A stretch of DNA of 64,000 bases from Bugula neritina (lineage: Eukaryota; Animalia; Bryozoa). Location of the stretch: positions 20,150,995 to 20,214,994 of the forward strand of contig OZ037765.1 of the NCBI GenBank assembly GCA_964035545.1, in the 5' to 3' direction. The first letter of the stretch is position 1; the number at the start of each line of letters is the position of its first letter. The notes under the pieces are model-generated. The model was not told where the DNA came from, did no database searches, and was given only the letters and a program-made list of their open reading frames with translations. The position numbers and the translations under genes are program-made. Shown piece by piece: positions 27,701 to 55,915 of the stretch.

Positions 27701-30700
27701 TAGACTAACAGACCAAATGTACTAAAAGGTAGAACTGCAGATCATTGCTATAGAATATAGACAAGGTGGAGCGAAAAATTAGTAGAGAGTGACTTTTAGT
27801 TTTTGAAGACATATAAAGAATAAAGTAGCAAAGAGCCACCAGAGCAACATTAGAAAATATCGAATTTTATTTATTGATGGAACTAAGTTTTACAAAACAC
27901 TGCAGCATTCTGAATACTTGATAACGCAACCTTGTTTCTGCTTTGCAAACCCTCCTCTGTCAAGATTATCTTACCATTGTAGCCAATCATATTTGTTTGG
28001 TTCACAAATAGAAACTTTGATGAACAAATAACTAGAAGAGAGCAACCAGCCAGCCAGCCAAGCATTAATATAATATTAGAAAGGTGGAAACTGCTGTGAT
28101 TGAATACAGATTAATAATAACAACTGAAAATAGCCAATATATTTATTTCAAAGTTAGCCCGTCAATGTTCTAAATTAAGTATTTTGAGAAGCAAAACAGT
28201 TTTATATCATAATTTCTATCTATTTTCTATGCAAGTCCCACTCAGATAATTGTTTAAATGTAGAAAACAGCGGTTCTCAGTTAGCGTTTGTAAATTATTA
28301 ACACATTGTTAGAGATAGTAGGCTGTAAAACGAATACTTCCTTTAAAGGCCGTAAGCATCCAGGTTATTTATTACATTTGAGCAAAAGTTTGCATGCTTT
28401 TCAACTGTTTTATCAGCATTTTATCCAATTTCTTATACGAAAACACTACAAAAATGCAAGTAAAAGTGGTCATATTAGGTGTCTTAGACTTGCCCAGACT
28501 TGCCCGCGAGCTTGCCCTCCGTGTCCTATTCTGACGTGGGGATGGCAAAATAGCCCTATTGTAGCGTGAGTTTATATCGCGTAAAGTTATTAAGAAGCGG
28601 GTTTGTCACAGATTTCGTTATTCGTAGCTCAAATCACATGAATGTTACTCTTCGGGCGGCTACTAATAACTAACGTTAGCTACGCAACAGCAAGAAAGGT
28701 AACTAATTTGACTGTTTTCAAATGGACTATTCCATTTCGCTAGTTTGTAACTTGCTGTAAATCACAAAATAATTATTTTTCCTATTTTAATTTCAATTAT
28801 CATGTCGACCACACCACCAGAAAATTACTCTTAAATATGCAGTAAATGATGATTTTCAACCGTTTTGTGATGAACTATAGGTTAGTAGTTGTCTACGTAA
28901 AACCAAGTTTTAAAATTTGTAATTGAATCAGTGAATGACTGATTCTGAATCACAGTATCACTATGACTATCAGTATGAGTATCACTAGTCTATGTCTATG
29001 ACTCTCACTCTAAGTCTATGACTATCGCCTATTAGTATTGGTGAACTATTATTAATAATATTCAATGGTTATATTTATTAATACCATTATTAGTCATAAT
29101 GATAATCATATGACAGTATGAGTATCAGTATTCAGTATGTTAATGTTACGGAGCAGGATCAGTTTCGAAACTAATACACTTACAGTAATACTAATAGTAA
29201 TACTTGTAATATTAGTTATAACTATAAGTATAAGTTATACCGATAGCTATATTAACATAAATATTTATATTCATAGTAATACTAATAGCAAATCTAATAT
29301 TATTATGTTAATAGTTATACTTGTAAGTTATAATATAAAGCAAACGACACAAGTATTAATTTGAACTGTTGGTCTTAAAATAAAAAGTAAAATAAATATA
29401 AATAATAAAAATAAATTATAATAATTTAATTATACTAATACTAATAGCAATACTTATACAGTAATATAATTATAATAAATTTATAAAACTTAAACAACTT
29501 TAGATTTAAGGAACAACTTTAAATACAAACATAAAGATAATATTAAATAATTATAATCATAATGATCATAACAATAAATATAATTATGATTCCAATAATT
29601 ATCAATATATTATATAATATTTAAATTATTTTAATTTATAATTATAATCATAATTTTTTTAGTTATAGTGAATAAATTCAATTTGACATAATAACTATAA
29701 TATTATAAAGCAGTCAGTCTATCTCTAATGCTGATTGATATTCGAATTGTTATCACTGTATCATCATTCACTAACTCTAAGAGTAAGTGACTACAATTAT
29801 TAGTATCAATGTTGTGTTAGAGTATTATACCTATTGGACTTTTGATATATCCATTATATTTACAACTCTGCCTGTTACAGCTATAAATAAATTGAACCAA
29901 AATACCAACAGTGCCTAATCATCGCCTTATTTATAAAATAATCACAATCATAATGCTCAAGTTAATAGATTGGAAATTATTGAAAATTATGTTGATGCCA
30001 ATATAAATATGACATTGTATGCATCCAAGTAGTGATGTTGTAATATATCTTGGAAGATAATTACATTATAATAAGAGTTAAATTCCTCTAAGTAACTTTT
30101 TTTGCAATTATTCCTTAGAATAACTATAACTTATACTCATAACATTAGTTTTAGATTGAGCTACTAATTGTATTTATTGCATGTGAAGGTTAGTTATTCT
30201 CCATCAGCTGCATGAATGCGACTGGTAAATTTTGTAACCTTTGGCAGTAATAACTTTGTAGCATAAATTAGACACATTTTATAAAAATACATAATTTTAA
30301 TGCTATAGCTGCTAGTAACTCTAATGGGTGTAATAATATTACTTTCACCAGCATTAATATTTACTTTGTTCATGCTTCATAAAGCATTTTCTAAATTCTT
30401 TTTTGAATAAATTTCTACAATACATATAATGTGCTGAATAGATTACATATGTTGGGGTTCTTCCTATACTGCAGCTCAGCCTACACTCCCCGCCACAAAT
30501 GTTCCTAAACTACTAGCTTCATCGGGATACAGATTGATGGAGCTGTATTGATAAAAACTTCTCTTTTTAGCAGTAGAGGCATCATGAAAAAAAAGGTAAG
30601 CATTTTACTCAATAAGAATGCGGTTTTTTACTTCTACAAATTTGATAGCCTACACTATTCTATTTAAATGGAGACTGGTCTGACATAATGTGTCTGCCAT

Positions 30701-33700
30701 TTATTAGTTATAATATAGTAAATACTATGCGGGCCTATAGATCAAATGGCTCAAAAAACAATTAAATGAAACATTACACAACGCTGTATTTATTAGCAAT
30801 GTCATACTTAGCAACTAATTTCACATTATTATTGTTTGCAAAGTTTTATATATCTACATATGTTTGTTCATTTCAGTGTTCTGAAGTAGAAGGTTCCAAC
30901 AGCAGGGAAAAGCCTTGAACAAGATATTATGTTCTACATCTCCAACTCATTTTAACTTTGCTGGTCAGTTCATTGTGTATCTGGAGCATAGTTTTGTATT
31001 TTCAAGTAGTCCATCAGATACCTTTGTAGGTAGTAAAGATTAAAATGTTTGTGCAATGATGTCCATAATGTTGAACTGATTTATTGAAACTAAAACTGTT
31101 CTTAATTATAACAAAACTTGACAATCTTTACATAAAGAATAATGTCCTATAATCTATCTTCATTGTAAACAAAATTAGAAAGTTCCACATCAGCAAATTG
31201 TTTATCATCATCTGTAGGTGGAAGAAGCTTGCACTCAGTTATAAAGGCAAGCTGACGGTGGTTTTCTTTGCCTTCTATGAAGATTTGGAAAGAGCCAGAA
31301 AATTAATACTCTATAACTGCAAAACCATGTTGTAGTGTCTTGTGTTATTGATTGAATCATCTAAAAGAAAAATTGTTGTATCATTATAATTTTACTGTTG
31401 ATGAATTAGCAAATTATCTACTTATCTTGGTAAATATATTCAAGAACAAATACTATAGTGTAACTCAGTTTTGGTTATGTGTATGCTCCTTAAGCGAATT
31501 TACAGCAGATATCAAACTATATATTAGAGACTAATAAAGGAATTAAATTTAAGCTAACCATGATGATGTAAATAGCTGTTGAATGTGACTTTGAGAACTC
31601 TGCTGGCCATGTCAGTTCAAATACACCAGGGTGATATGTTACGAATGTCATGTCATTATTGAAATTCAGCTTTTTTAAGCGCCTCTTCACAACTCTGGCA
31701 GCATTCTGACTGCTCCTTAGCTTTCTGCGCCTGAAATTTCTTCTACTTGCACCATTCTTCTATTGGTAGAATGTTAGCCTATAACAAACAGGTGTACCAA
31801 AGCTAAAAAATATCTAATTCACTGCACTAGGATATTATTCAACTCATTTAAATTTAATATATAGCAGTAAAACAATCACATACTTGTATTTATTTTATCA
31901 GCTTTACTTTACAAAGCTGAACCATATGATTTAGTAACTTGTCACCATAATAAACATTGTACAACATACAAATTGAAAACCTGATGTGATTGCTTTTTTA
32001 ATAGAATATACATTACAAACATGTTACTTTGATAAGCGTGTTCATAATAAAAGTATTAAACCAGTTTGAAAAAAATTATTTTGTTATGTAATGGATCACA
32101 AAACTACATAATTTTAGACATGTAGCTCGATGTTCTTCAAGCAACGGGCTGCTATGATTAATTAATTTTCTATTATTGCATTTGATTGTTCTACTCATAG
32201 TGTATTGGCGAGTTAAAATTATTGGTAATTTAATGTATATTTTAGCTACCTCTGTTCAATCAATGTCATAGTAATATCAATTAGGTTTTAAATTTCACTG
32301 AGTTTATAGTAAATTATTGCAACTGTTACATAACATTTGGCTAGTTCTCTAGTTCATTAAATAACCATACGAACTTAATTTTATAACATGACAAAACACA
32401 CAAAGCAAAATTAAAATAAGCATATTATGAACCAATGTAATTGATAAGTGATAATGCTGTTGTAAAACATAAATTATCAAATTTAAATAGTTATTATTAC
32501 CATTAGTATTACTATCATTATAACAACTATAATCATTATTACTATTACTATTAGTATTAGCATTAGTAGTAAAAAATGAGTAGAGTTCAACATATACAAT
32601 CTAGCGTACTATAAAAGTAGAAGTAGAACTTCTAAAACTATCATCTGCATCATTAACAGAACTATGAGTAATACTAGTAGTTGTACTAATAGTAATACTA
32701 ATTATTAATACTAATAAACAATAGTAATAGTATCACTATGAGTATGAGACTTGGGCTGGCAGTGATACTGATTATCACTATCAGCATCGTCATAGTCAAA
32801 AGTTACAAGAATTAGAAGCCATATTCATATTGATATTCTCATTGAGTTATGCATAGTCATATTCACAGTATTAGTCAATCACTGATTGAGTTAATGTCAT
32901 AGTGATACTCATACTCATAATTAATTTATACGATTACGACACTCATAGTGATAGTCATAGTCATACTCATACTCATAGTGATAGTGATACTTCTTCGTGA
33001 ATTTAATATTATTATCATTGTTGCTAATATTATGTCTTACTCTTAGTCTAACAGCAGCTCTATGAAGAAGTTAAACATAACTGATAAAACAAATTTAAAA
33101 AATAATACTGCAACATTCAATATAATGTATATCGATATGCTAGCAACCTAATTTTCAGCTCACTTCATTAACTTTCCGTGCAGTATTGTGATAAAATAAA
33201 TTTATTAATGGTGACCTTGACATCTTCGTCTAAATGCCTTTCACATCAAGCCCCGAACCAATTTGTAAAAATTTTGGATTTTTTACTTTTAAATATTTTT
33301 TACGAAAAGAGCTTCAAAATAAATTTAAAAAAAAGTGAGCTGTTGTCCACATAAAAGGAAATATATGAGCCAATTTTCTAAATTCTGGAAGTTACCAGAG
33401 GGTCACAATATTTTTTTTTTAAATCTTTATTTTCACGACAAGCTCTATATATTAATATAGAAAAAAAGAAGACAACTCTTCTTTCAGATTTTTCATGTGC
33501 CACGGTCACGTCAATATCAGTGCTATTAACACATATATTTTAATTCATTTTTTCTGGTATATTGAGTTGAGATTTTTTTTATATATTTTGTGAATGTACC
33601 TAAAAAAGTATGATCTTTCAATTAACAGTAATTGATTTTATCAAAATAACCTGGATGCCTACGATGTTTAAGACTTCATTACCCACCAACATGCCAACAA

Positions 33701-35918
33701 TGTATCAAACTACGAGGTCCAGAAATGTAGATGGAGATGAAATTTGAAATGTAATTCCTATTTTCACAGGCTGCATTGTATTACTTTGAAAGCAGTGTGA
33801 CAGTGCATTAGCCACCCTGCTCATGCATTACCTGATTAATAATCAACACAGGCAGTTCTCACAAATCAAATTTATCTTTAACGATCACAAAGTATAAACT
33901 TCTGAGATAGACTTAGAATTAGTAGTATATCCTCACCTTTTTGGAGAGTTTGCTCCTGAATTGACTGAAGGACTGGAACTGGTATATGAATTCATCAATT
34001 ACATTCCACAACCACTGGTTGGGTAGTTGAAGCTCCACTGGGCCATCGGCATCTAAACATCACATCATCTACACCGTTGAATATCACATCTCAACGCAAT
34101 AACTTGTTTTAGTCATGCAAACTTATGGGTAGCATTATTTTGGTAATTTGAGAACTTCTGGTAACGACTCATAAAAATATAAATTCAGTTTAGTTATTTA
34201 TAATTTAGGTTCACAGTTTTACAAAGGAGTTGACTGAAACTTAGTGCTATCTTAGTAAATCATTCAACTAAATGATGAACTCATTTCTAAAATTTGTTTG
34301 CACATATATAAAACAATACCACCACAACTAAAAAATGTCAATGCCAGAATCAACAAATTCACAAATATGATGCATTTGGACAACATACTTAGATTAGATT
34401 GTGGAGTAAATTCATTTTGGAATAATTTTATTTTGTCACTTTTCTAAAAGTTGGCAGAGGTACAGCAACAATAAAAAGCTGAAGGGCTAATAACTGGGTA
34501 TACTTAGTATGTAGTTGAAGAGGTCACAATAGTTGTAATACGACTCAAACATCTGCTCAATGGAGGGTCCACTCTGAACTCTAGCATATATATGGCGGAA
34601 ATACAGCTCTTTGTACAGAATCATAAATATTGCATCTAAAAACACCAAAAGCCAACAACACCTTAACATATTATAACAAGCAGTACAAAGCGGAGTAAGG
34701 TGAGAAAGTAAATGTTGAAATAGACTGTTACATGAAGACATGAGCCACCCCATCTTAGTAGTCAAGTATCTAAAGGAACTTACCATCGTCAACAATAGGA
34801 GCAACCACATCTGCATTTGGCCAGGGAGAGTTCTTGAAAAATCTGTCAGTCAGCTTATTAAACCTATAAATCAGTAACAGCGGATGAAAGAAATGAACAA
34901 AATACAACACGTCACTTAACATGCAGCAGCTACTACAGAGAACAGGAAAACCAACTGGTTCTTTGAAAAACTGATGTATCTTACAGCCTACGCCCTACAG
35001 GATGGTTAATGGCTACTATCCACAACAAGGCTATATTAGAACTCGAGACACACCCATGGGTAAAGTTAAAACATGAAATTGATTTAAAGTCAAGTTTGCA
35101 TGTTGCAAACTGAAGAATAAAAACACATGACTGAAATCATATTTGCAGAGCTTGTAGTCATGCCTCCTGCACAATGTAATGGAAACTTTACTTCAGTTTT
35201 GTATGCAAAAAAGTAGCTTATTAAAAGATCGGATACATGTGTGAAAAATTAACTAACAAACATGTTAGCTGAGAAGGCTTACACACTAAACAAGTAGAGT
35301 GTACAGTACCAGAATCCACCTAATACTAAGCATACAAAGAGCACACCAGACATAGTTGAATTAAGGTACTGACCCGTTATCATACAGCGATTGTATCTGG
35401 TACAAGTCTGGCTCCACTCTAATGGCAGTGTATAACTCAACTAAGAAAGACTTGATCGTCTCTGGTAGAATATAAGAAGAGCTGCTGTAGCCCCGTTCTC
35501 GTTCATACTCCAAGTCAAGACGAGGGTCCCCAGTGTGACTCTCGTAATCATGTCCATATTCAAACCCGCCAAACTATATAAAATAGAGTAGGATATTGTG
35601 AATGTCAAAGTGACATTAGAAAACTGAGCAGAAATAAATTGTGAAGGAAATTAAAATCTAAATATTAGTTTCAGAGAAGCACAAATTTTGTTTTCAGAAT
35701 AAAAAACAATTTTTTTAAAAAAAGGTGAGCATCTTTGTTATTGTTGATTTTATGGCAAAGTGAAAACATATTTTTAAAATATAGTCAATCAATGTGCATC
35801 AAGTATGGCTACAAAAATAATTCAAAAAATGCTGAAAATTAGGAAATTCTAAAAGCAAATGGTTGAGTGAAAAAATTCTTACACTTCCTCTTTCAACGAA
35901 TTCTTCTTCTTCATACAT
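24702..35918 (-). CDS. EIF3L: Eukaryotic translation initiation factor 3 subunit L; ~14 coding exons
   Basis: Starts [12 protein letters not shown]|[24 protein letters not shown]. Internal motifs [92 protein letters not shown] and [26 protein letters not shown]. Stop TGA at 24702-24704. Confidence 0.96.
28347..33667. mobile_element. 5.3-kb decayed Kolobok-like DNA transposon in an eIF3L intron
   Basis: TTAA on both sides (28343-28346 and 33668-33671). The 24-bp imperfect TIRs AGGCCGTAAGCATCCAGGTTATTT and ACATCGTAGGCATCCAGGTTATTT match at 20/24. Subtermini retain CpG. No intact transposase ORF. Confidence 0.7.
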
Positions 35919-36714
35919 TTTGGACTGTTTCCTAAAACATATGAGGACTATATAAGTAATAAAATAGCTTTACGTACTTCAGTCTATTTTTTAATTCTTT
36001 TTCAATTTCTTATAGTTATAATATAACAGGTTAAAACATAGATTTAAACATAACAAAAAACAGTGGTTTAAAAATTTCCATTCTGATTCACATTGACATT
36101 GATCGTAAATAAATGTAGATAATTAAATAATATAATTAAAATTATATTAGAATTAATACTATCATTTTTATTTAATAATATTATAATTATTAAATAATAT
36201 TGATTTTTATTATCAAATATCAATATAATTATAACATCTAATTATATATTGGTGTAGGGTTTATCATCATTATCATTATTATAACCATCACTTGAAATTG
36301 AACTTGATGATTCATTATGATTAACTTTAGGATAAAATTTAATTTCTATTTTGGTAAAGTTGTAAAATGAAAATAAATTTTAAAATTTTAATTAGAAGTA
36401 AAATTTAACATTGCTTACAAAAGCTAAAAATCTCATTTAGTCTTACAATAAAATATATAATATGATAGGTGCTTTAATTGATAATAGATATATTCTAATA
36501 ATCGAAAAATAACAATTGTGGTTGGGCAACAACGGTAATTTTTTATTTCATTTTGTTCGAATGAAAATGGCTAGGTGGTACGGAAAACACTTTTTACGAA
36601 CTGTAAACGCCTTTAATATACAAATATTACAAACTTCAATTTTTAAATGTAAATTAAAAACGATCTTAAATATTTTCAATATTAACAAAAAATAATTTTA
36701 AATTACAATTTTAG

Positions 36715-36784
36715 ATTGCATACTCGACATGTGAGAGTGACGCAAACTTAACCTGCTTTAGTGTCTCTGGTCACGTGATCAAGA
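36715..36784. promoter_or_regulatory. Candidate bidirectional promoter of eIF3L/eIF4E3 with a TCACGTGA E-box (36771-36778)
   Basis: The divergent ATGs are at 35918 and 36785. A local CpG-containing patch sits within very AT-rich flanks. Confidence 0.5.
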
Positions 36785-40322
<3,538 letters not shown>

Positions 40323-41853
40323 ACTGCTATCTGATCGGCTGTTGGAATTTATACTCATTTGCTACGATGAAACCCTGGAAACCTGTTTTATGTTTCTGAA
40401 CATGGAGATTAGCAGCTTTGTCTTCTGAATTTTTGTATAGACATTTCATATATTTTATATATTAATCTTGACCAGTGCCATTGTATTTTTAGCTTTTTTT
40501 CTATTTTAGTCTCAATCATTTTTTGTGTTTTTCCATTTAATTGTGTTTTTGTGCACAATTTTTTTAAACTATAAAACTTCGTGGATTTGCAAGGCATCTA
40601 ATCTTACAAGTTTCAAGTTATTTCAATATATTTTTACATTATTTTTTAGTTAATTTGTTTAATTATATTTTAGTTGTATGCTTATGTTAACCAAGTTTGA
40701 AGTAATCAACTATATGCTGGTATAATAAATTATATTTTAGATTTCACATGTTAATACAATCTATATAGTATCACAATTATTTGTTTGTATTTTCTGCTTA
40801 TAAATATATACAATAAGAATTACCATATTTAAATTCTGTCTAAATGTGGAAATGTTGCAGGCAGTAATTTTAGTGCCTGACAGTGAGTTGTAATGTTATT
40901 CGCAGATGATTTTCCTTTTAGTAATAAATTGTAATTAGACTTTGTAAGTAAGCTAAGCTCTGTAATAATTATTGTAACAAATATAACAAAAAAACTAAGA
41001 TTTCTATAACCTCCAATAATGTAATAATACTCATTAAAATTCACTGATTTGAAAAGCAGTTGTTGAAACATATTATTTTGTTATATTTGGAAAGTGAGCA
41101 TGAATAGAAAAAAATTGAAAAGTTGTCCCATTTTGTAGTAAGGGTATATTATTATGCTCATATAAAAATTTGTGCAGACATTCACAGCAATACATTTGTA
41201 TAAGCAAACCCTGCAAATATATTGTTTGATGAATAATACATTGACTAAAACAACTTGTTTGTCATTTTATATAATAAATAAAACTGATTGCATGTCCATT
41301 TGACAATACCAGCATTCTGGGACACGTGAAAATGCCTATTGGCTATTTATATACAGTATAATAGATTAAATTAACAGCTACGTACATAAGAGTACTATAC
41401 AAAAGTTTTTAAATTCTACAGTTAGGCATTCCAGCTTAAATTTACACACTTTTCTACGGTGCGTAACATGAAATCTGTAAAAGGAGACAAACCCTACAAC
41501 AGCTGCTGTACACAAATGGCGGTATCTAAATAATAAAAAATAATAAATACTAATATGATAATTTAATTTAACAGCTAAGTTATGCCTAAGGCGAATTATG
41601 CAAAAATTGAGCATTTCCGTGTTCAAATTTCTGGAAAAAGAACAACCATTGCAAAATTTAACACTATTGGTTATGTTGAGATAGAGACTGCAGTATATCT
41701 TTATTAACCTGCTATTGATTAATTAGTAAATTAGATGCACTGCGTTATAGGCCTGTAGCAATGTTCGCATCAACTGAAATAGTTACACTAGGTCAGATAA
41801 TACATAAGTTCATGTAGCGGTTTATAGTTTGGAATTTAAATGCTCTTTGAGTT

Positions 41854-44034
41854 TCAACTAACTACACACTTATTTTTAATGCCATCAGCTCGCTGTGCTG
41901 CTTTTGACTTGCCTTTTTTCTTCTTCGCACCAGTTTCTAGGCTCATGGCACGGCGCTTTTCCAAGTGCAAGAGTTGCTCAAACAACTCCTGTATATTGTA
42001 ATTATTCTTGGCAGATGTTTCTAGAAAGCTGCATTGCCATTGGTTAGCCATTCTACGGCCTTCTGACTCTGGAATCTGTCTGTTTGGATCATCACATTTG
42101 TTTCCTACCAGCATGATGGGCACCATTTCACTGCCACCTTTAATATCTACTATTTCATCAAATACTGGTTTAAGTTGAGGCAAGGACTGTTTATTCGTAG
42201 TTGAATATGTCAATATGAAAGCGTGACCTCTTTGAATAGACAACTTTTGCATAGCTGGGAATTGGTGACTTCCAGTTGTATCGGTAACTTGTAGAGTGCA
42301 GATAGATTTGTTGCTGCTTATAACCTACAAAATGTAACAATACAAATGTATAAGGTTACAACTTTTGGCCCTTTCATAGTATAAAATTTGTATTTTCATT
42401 TTACGAAGCTGTATTACCAGTACTACAAACATACTCAGTGCCTCCTTTACCTATGCTTCAGCAAATATATTATCTTCCCTTAAATTGCTAATCAAATAAA
42501 GTATTTGAGGCCAGCAAACTAATTTGAGCTTGTAGCAGATATTTTTTGCGTTTCATTGCTGTACATATTGGCAGCAGATCTTTCAAGTTGATGCTGACAT
42601 AACATCATTACAACCCTGAGCCTTACTTATACCACCCAAATATAAATACTCTGAAATCTGACTTAGCTATCATGATTCATACCTTGTATTTTTAGCTACA
42701 CAAGCTGAAACACATGCACCTACAGTTAAAAACTTCCAATTTCATTTTTAAATTCCCATAAATCCTAAGCAGTAAATTGTTTTACAACATACTCTAATAA
42801 ATACTAGCTTTCTTTATTACTACTGATGATCTGGCCTAGCTAATTCATTACAAAGATATTATGCATTAATTGAAGGTTCTAAAATTTCTTCCACTAATGC
42901 AATTGTGGACAAACAAGCCCAGAAAACATATTGACCAGCAAGTAGAAAAGAGCAATATAGGAATACTTTGAGAGGAGCTCCAGAAGATATAATATTTTAA
43001 TATAACCTTAATTCATGGTATTGTCAACAAAGAGTTTAAAATTTATACACTATGTTGACTGAAGCGCAGAGAAATGGTTTCAAAAACAGCTATAAACATA
43101 GAAGAAAAATTGAGGTCAGACTGCCAGTACCAATTAAATTGGTGTAAGCAAACAGATTACTCTGTTCCACAAGGCAGGTATATGTTAATTCAGTAAAAAA
43201 TCTTGTGAGCTATTTCTGCATAACTCATATTCAAACATTACATATTACAATATTTACATTGAGATTCAGACTTTCTTGAAGCATTTAAACCAACATTTTG
43301 TCATGTACTGTAAAACTGTGATTTATATTATTAAATGTAGATCAAATAGAAATGGTATTGAGAGAATAGCAGACACTAGTAGATTTACAGTGTGAATGTC
43401 AATCTCACCCAAAGTTAATATTGATCAATTTTTCTGCTTGAGATTCCTGGACAGTATTCATTTGCTAAAACTAATCTGTTTATCTATTGGAGACTAGTAA
43501 TGAAACTCAAGTGTCTATAAACAGTTGATCTATCAGATTATCTAAGTTATAGACATAACTTACTTGTTGTCTGTTATGATTAGAAGCTAACATGAAGTCT
43601 TATGAAGTAGCTGTCTCTATATAACTATTAATTTGAAGAATAACCAGCAGTTAACTATGCAATACCATTTATCAAACAGTCTTATAAATTTCAAGAAAAA
43701 AAATGAAGGTTTGCTATAAACTTTTAAGTTTTACATACTAGACTTTACTTCAACTGAAAATGTTGGTTACAACTTTAGGCATGAAAAGCACTTTAAAACT
43801 AAACTGTGTACTTATTTGTCTGTGAACATTAGTTGATATAGCAACAAAGATAAAATTTCAATTTTGTTTAGATTGATTTACCTTTCGGTATGTGTCTTCC
43901 ACAGTTGGGACATAGCCCTCTTTGTAGGTGTCATGCACAAATCTTTGAACTATTGAGCTCTTGCCAACACCAGCTGCTCCAAATACAGCTACTCGATAAT
44001 CATTAGCATCATGGGTGACCACTGCATTGGGCAT
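41854..44034 (-). CDS. DIRAS: Di-Ras small GTPase (DIRAS1/2-like); 2 coding exons (44034-43882 and 42324-41854)
   Basis: [28 protein letters not shown]|[41 protein letters not shown], a polybasic tail and CaaX box CVVS. The ORF-track start at 44058 is intronic because an acceptor lies at ~44047. Confidence 0.95.
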
Positions 44035-45273
44035 GTTCTGTCTTCCTATATAATTCACATATCACAAAACCAACAACATTCCTATATATCAGCTAATGTA
44101 ACCAATGCTACAATGAAATACCAATACTTTCATATTATAAAAATTACTTTACCTCCTATCACTACTCCAAGCTGGAAATTCAAAGTTTACCACGTGGTAT
44201 GCAGAAAAAGAACAGATTACTCAAACTGAATTACCTTTAGCACTGTTGGAGTGTTACGAATCATGTATCATAGCTAGTGATGTCCATCAACACATCTCTA
44301 CTGCAGTAACTGTTTAATATGTTACTCTATTCACTATGATTATTGATTATGCATTTCAATTGGCTACAGAAAACACACACAAATGGCTATTACTTACATC
44401 GATTTTAGAGTTAAGCATTTGGTCACATTATTGAAGTGAGATGCCTTTCATTTATACAATGATTGATGCATTCACATAACCATTATTTGCTTCTTTCAAA
44501 TTTAGTTTTACTGCCATCCTATACAGAAAGCGTTCTAGTAGAGGGCTATTTTGAGGAAAAAGCAAACAAGTTGACTGGCAAGAACAAACAGTAACCAATG
44601 AAGTGCAAGATTAACTACAGCCAGAAACTCCATTCCAAAAATATTCAAGTGAATGTAATTTTCCTCAAAGAAGATGTGAATAAGAACCCATCGCAAACAC
44701 AATTGATTTTTTTTTTGCAGATTGTATTGGAAGATAAATTGAAAACTTTACAGCAAGAAAAAAAGTAAACACAGATACTATGTAGCACCAATATTATTAT
44801 CGGACTATACATGTGCGAGCTAACAACCGAGCTTTACAAAAATAAAATGATGATCGTGACTAAACGAACAGATGACGAGTGGAATTGTACAGAACTTAGC
44901 TGAATACTGGCCCTATATACATGAAAAAAGCAGGACTCTATGTTCTGGAATGCAAGGGATTAATATGTTATATACCAATTATTCCAGGACTAGCTAAAGA
45001 TATTACAATGCTGTTTTCTTTTAAAAACTAATATTTTTGCAAAATAAAATCTGAGCTAGCTTAGAGCAAGTATTGATATTGTATCTTGTGTGCGTAAGTG
45101 ATGAGGTGCTAAGACCTTGGGAGATTCAGGAGAAGAGTGAGCAGTTTCACGTCTATACAAGCTAGTGACTCGCCCGTTTGTAGGCCCACCGTCACCACTA
45201 TACTTAAACGAAAGCTATCGGAATTGTAACATAGTGAACCTTCAGAACTGTTATTAGAACAAAAATTGAAACT

Positions 45274-54750
<9,477 letters not shown>

Positions 54751-55799
54751 GGTTTTCTATAATGCAAAATGTGGTTTTACTTCTTAATGAATAAAATTCT
54801 ACAAGAGAAATGAAAATTGATCAGTATTTGCTTATTGCCAATTAAACCAATATAACTTTGAACTGCTCATAATGTATTTTATCAGTGACTACAGACACGG
54901 ACCCCTAAGGTATTGCTCAGTTTGATTCACTTTAGGTAGCTGTAAAAGGTGTACCCCTCATTACTCTCAAACTGTTAAATAGTTAAGGACTGCTAGATAG
55001 CAGTCCTTACTATCTACATAAGCTGCTGAGTTTAGTAGGCAGGACAGAAAAGGCCAATTTAATTTAATTATTACATAATGTTAAATAGGATTAAAAATTG
55101 AAAATGGTTAAAATTTATGAAAAGAGACTATGTAGGATAAGTTTGATGGTGATTTGTTCAATAGGTTTAGTGCAAAATGTAAATAGGAGTCCTGCATTAA
55201 TAGTGCAAACCAGTGCCATATTAACAGATATTCTCAACATAGGCAAAAAGCACAGTAGTTAAGTTATAAAGTGCAGTAAATCTACAGCAGAAAATTAACT
55301 TGAAGCAAAACAAAAACATCGAAAATAACAACCAATTATTAAAATAGTATACTCAGCTTTTCATAGCAATCAAAAGTTTACACTTCCAGGTTTTACTTTG
55401 CTGACACAATAAAACTTACAGCAAAAGTTTGCATTTTAGAAGGCTTAAACAAGTTCAATTCATTTAGTTTAACTCTAACTACTTAATATCAGGTTAAAAC
55501 TTAAAATCAAATACCAATATGAATATATGCATTTTTGAAGTATCTCGTTCTTTACTTAGCCTTCGTTAAAGGCTGTTCTATTCAATTTTTACAGTGTTAC
55601 GAAAACACTGAATTAAACAAATTCAAATGAAGTTTATCAATTGAAATAACTTTTTTTGTGAATAGCCTTATGACTACTGAGTATAAAAGATTAACATTCA
55701 GAAGTGCACATAACATACAAGATCTGTAATGAAATGTATGTGTTAGAATCGGCTGTTGCATGGTAAATTATGCAAGAATAATAAATACTAGTCAACCTA

Positions 55800-55915
55800 A
55801 GTGATAAAACAGATCGAAGTGTATAAATCTTTATGCAGATCAAAAACAGCCTGCACTCCAAATGATAAACTCAAAATGATAAAGTACTACAGCTAAGTCC
55901 TAACTGAACTTCAAA
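55800..55915 (+). mobile_element. Dispersed repeat fragment matching the 3' part of the SINE-like element at 58858-59135
   Basis: Shared ATCAAAAACA..CTGCACTCCAAATGATAAA..CTACA.CTAA.TC..AAC.GAACTTCA. Confidence 0.6.
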
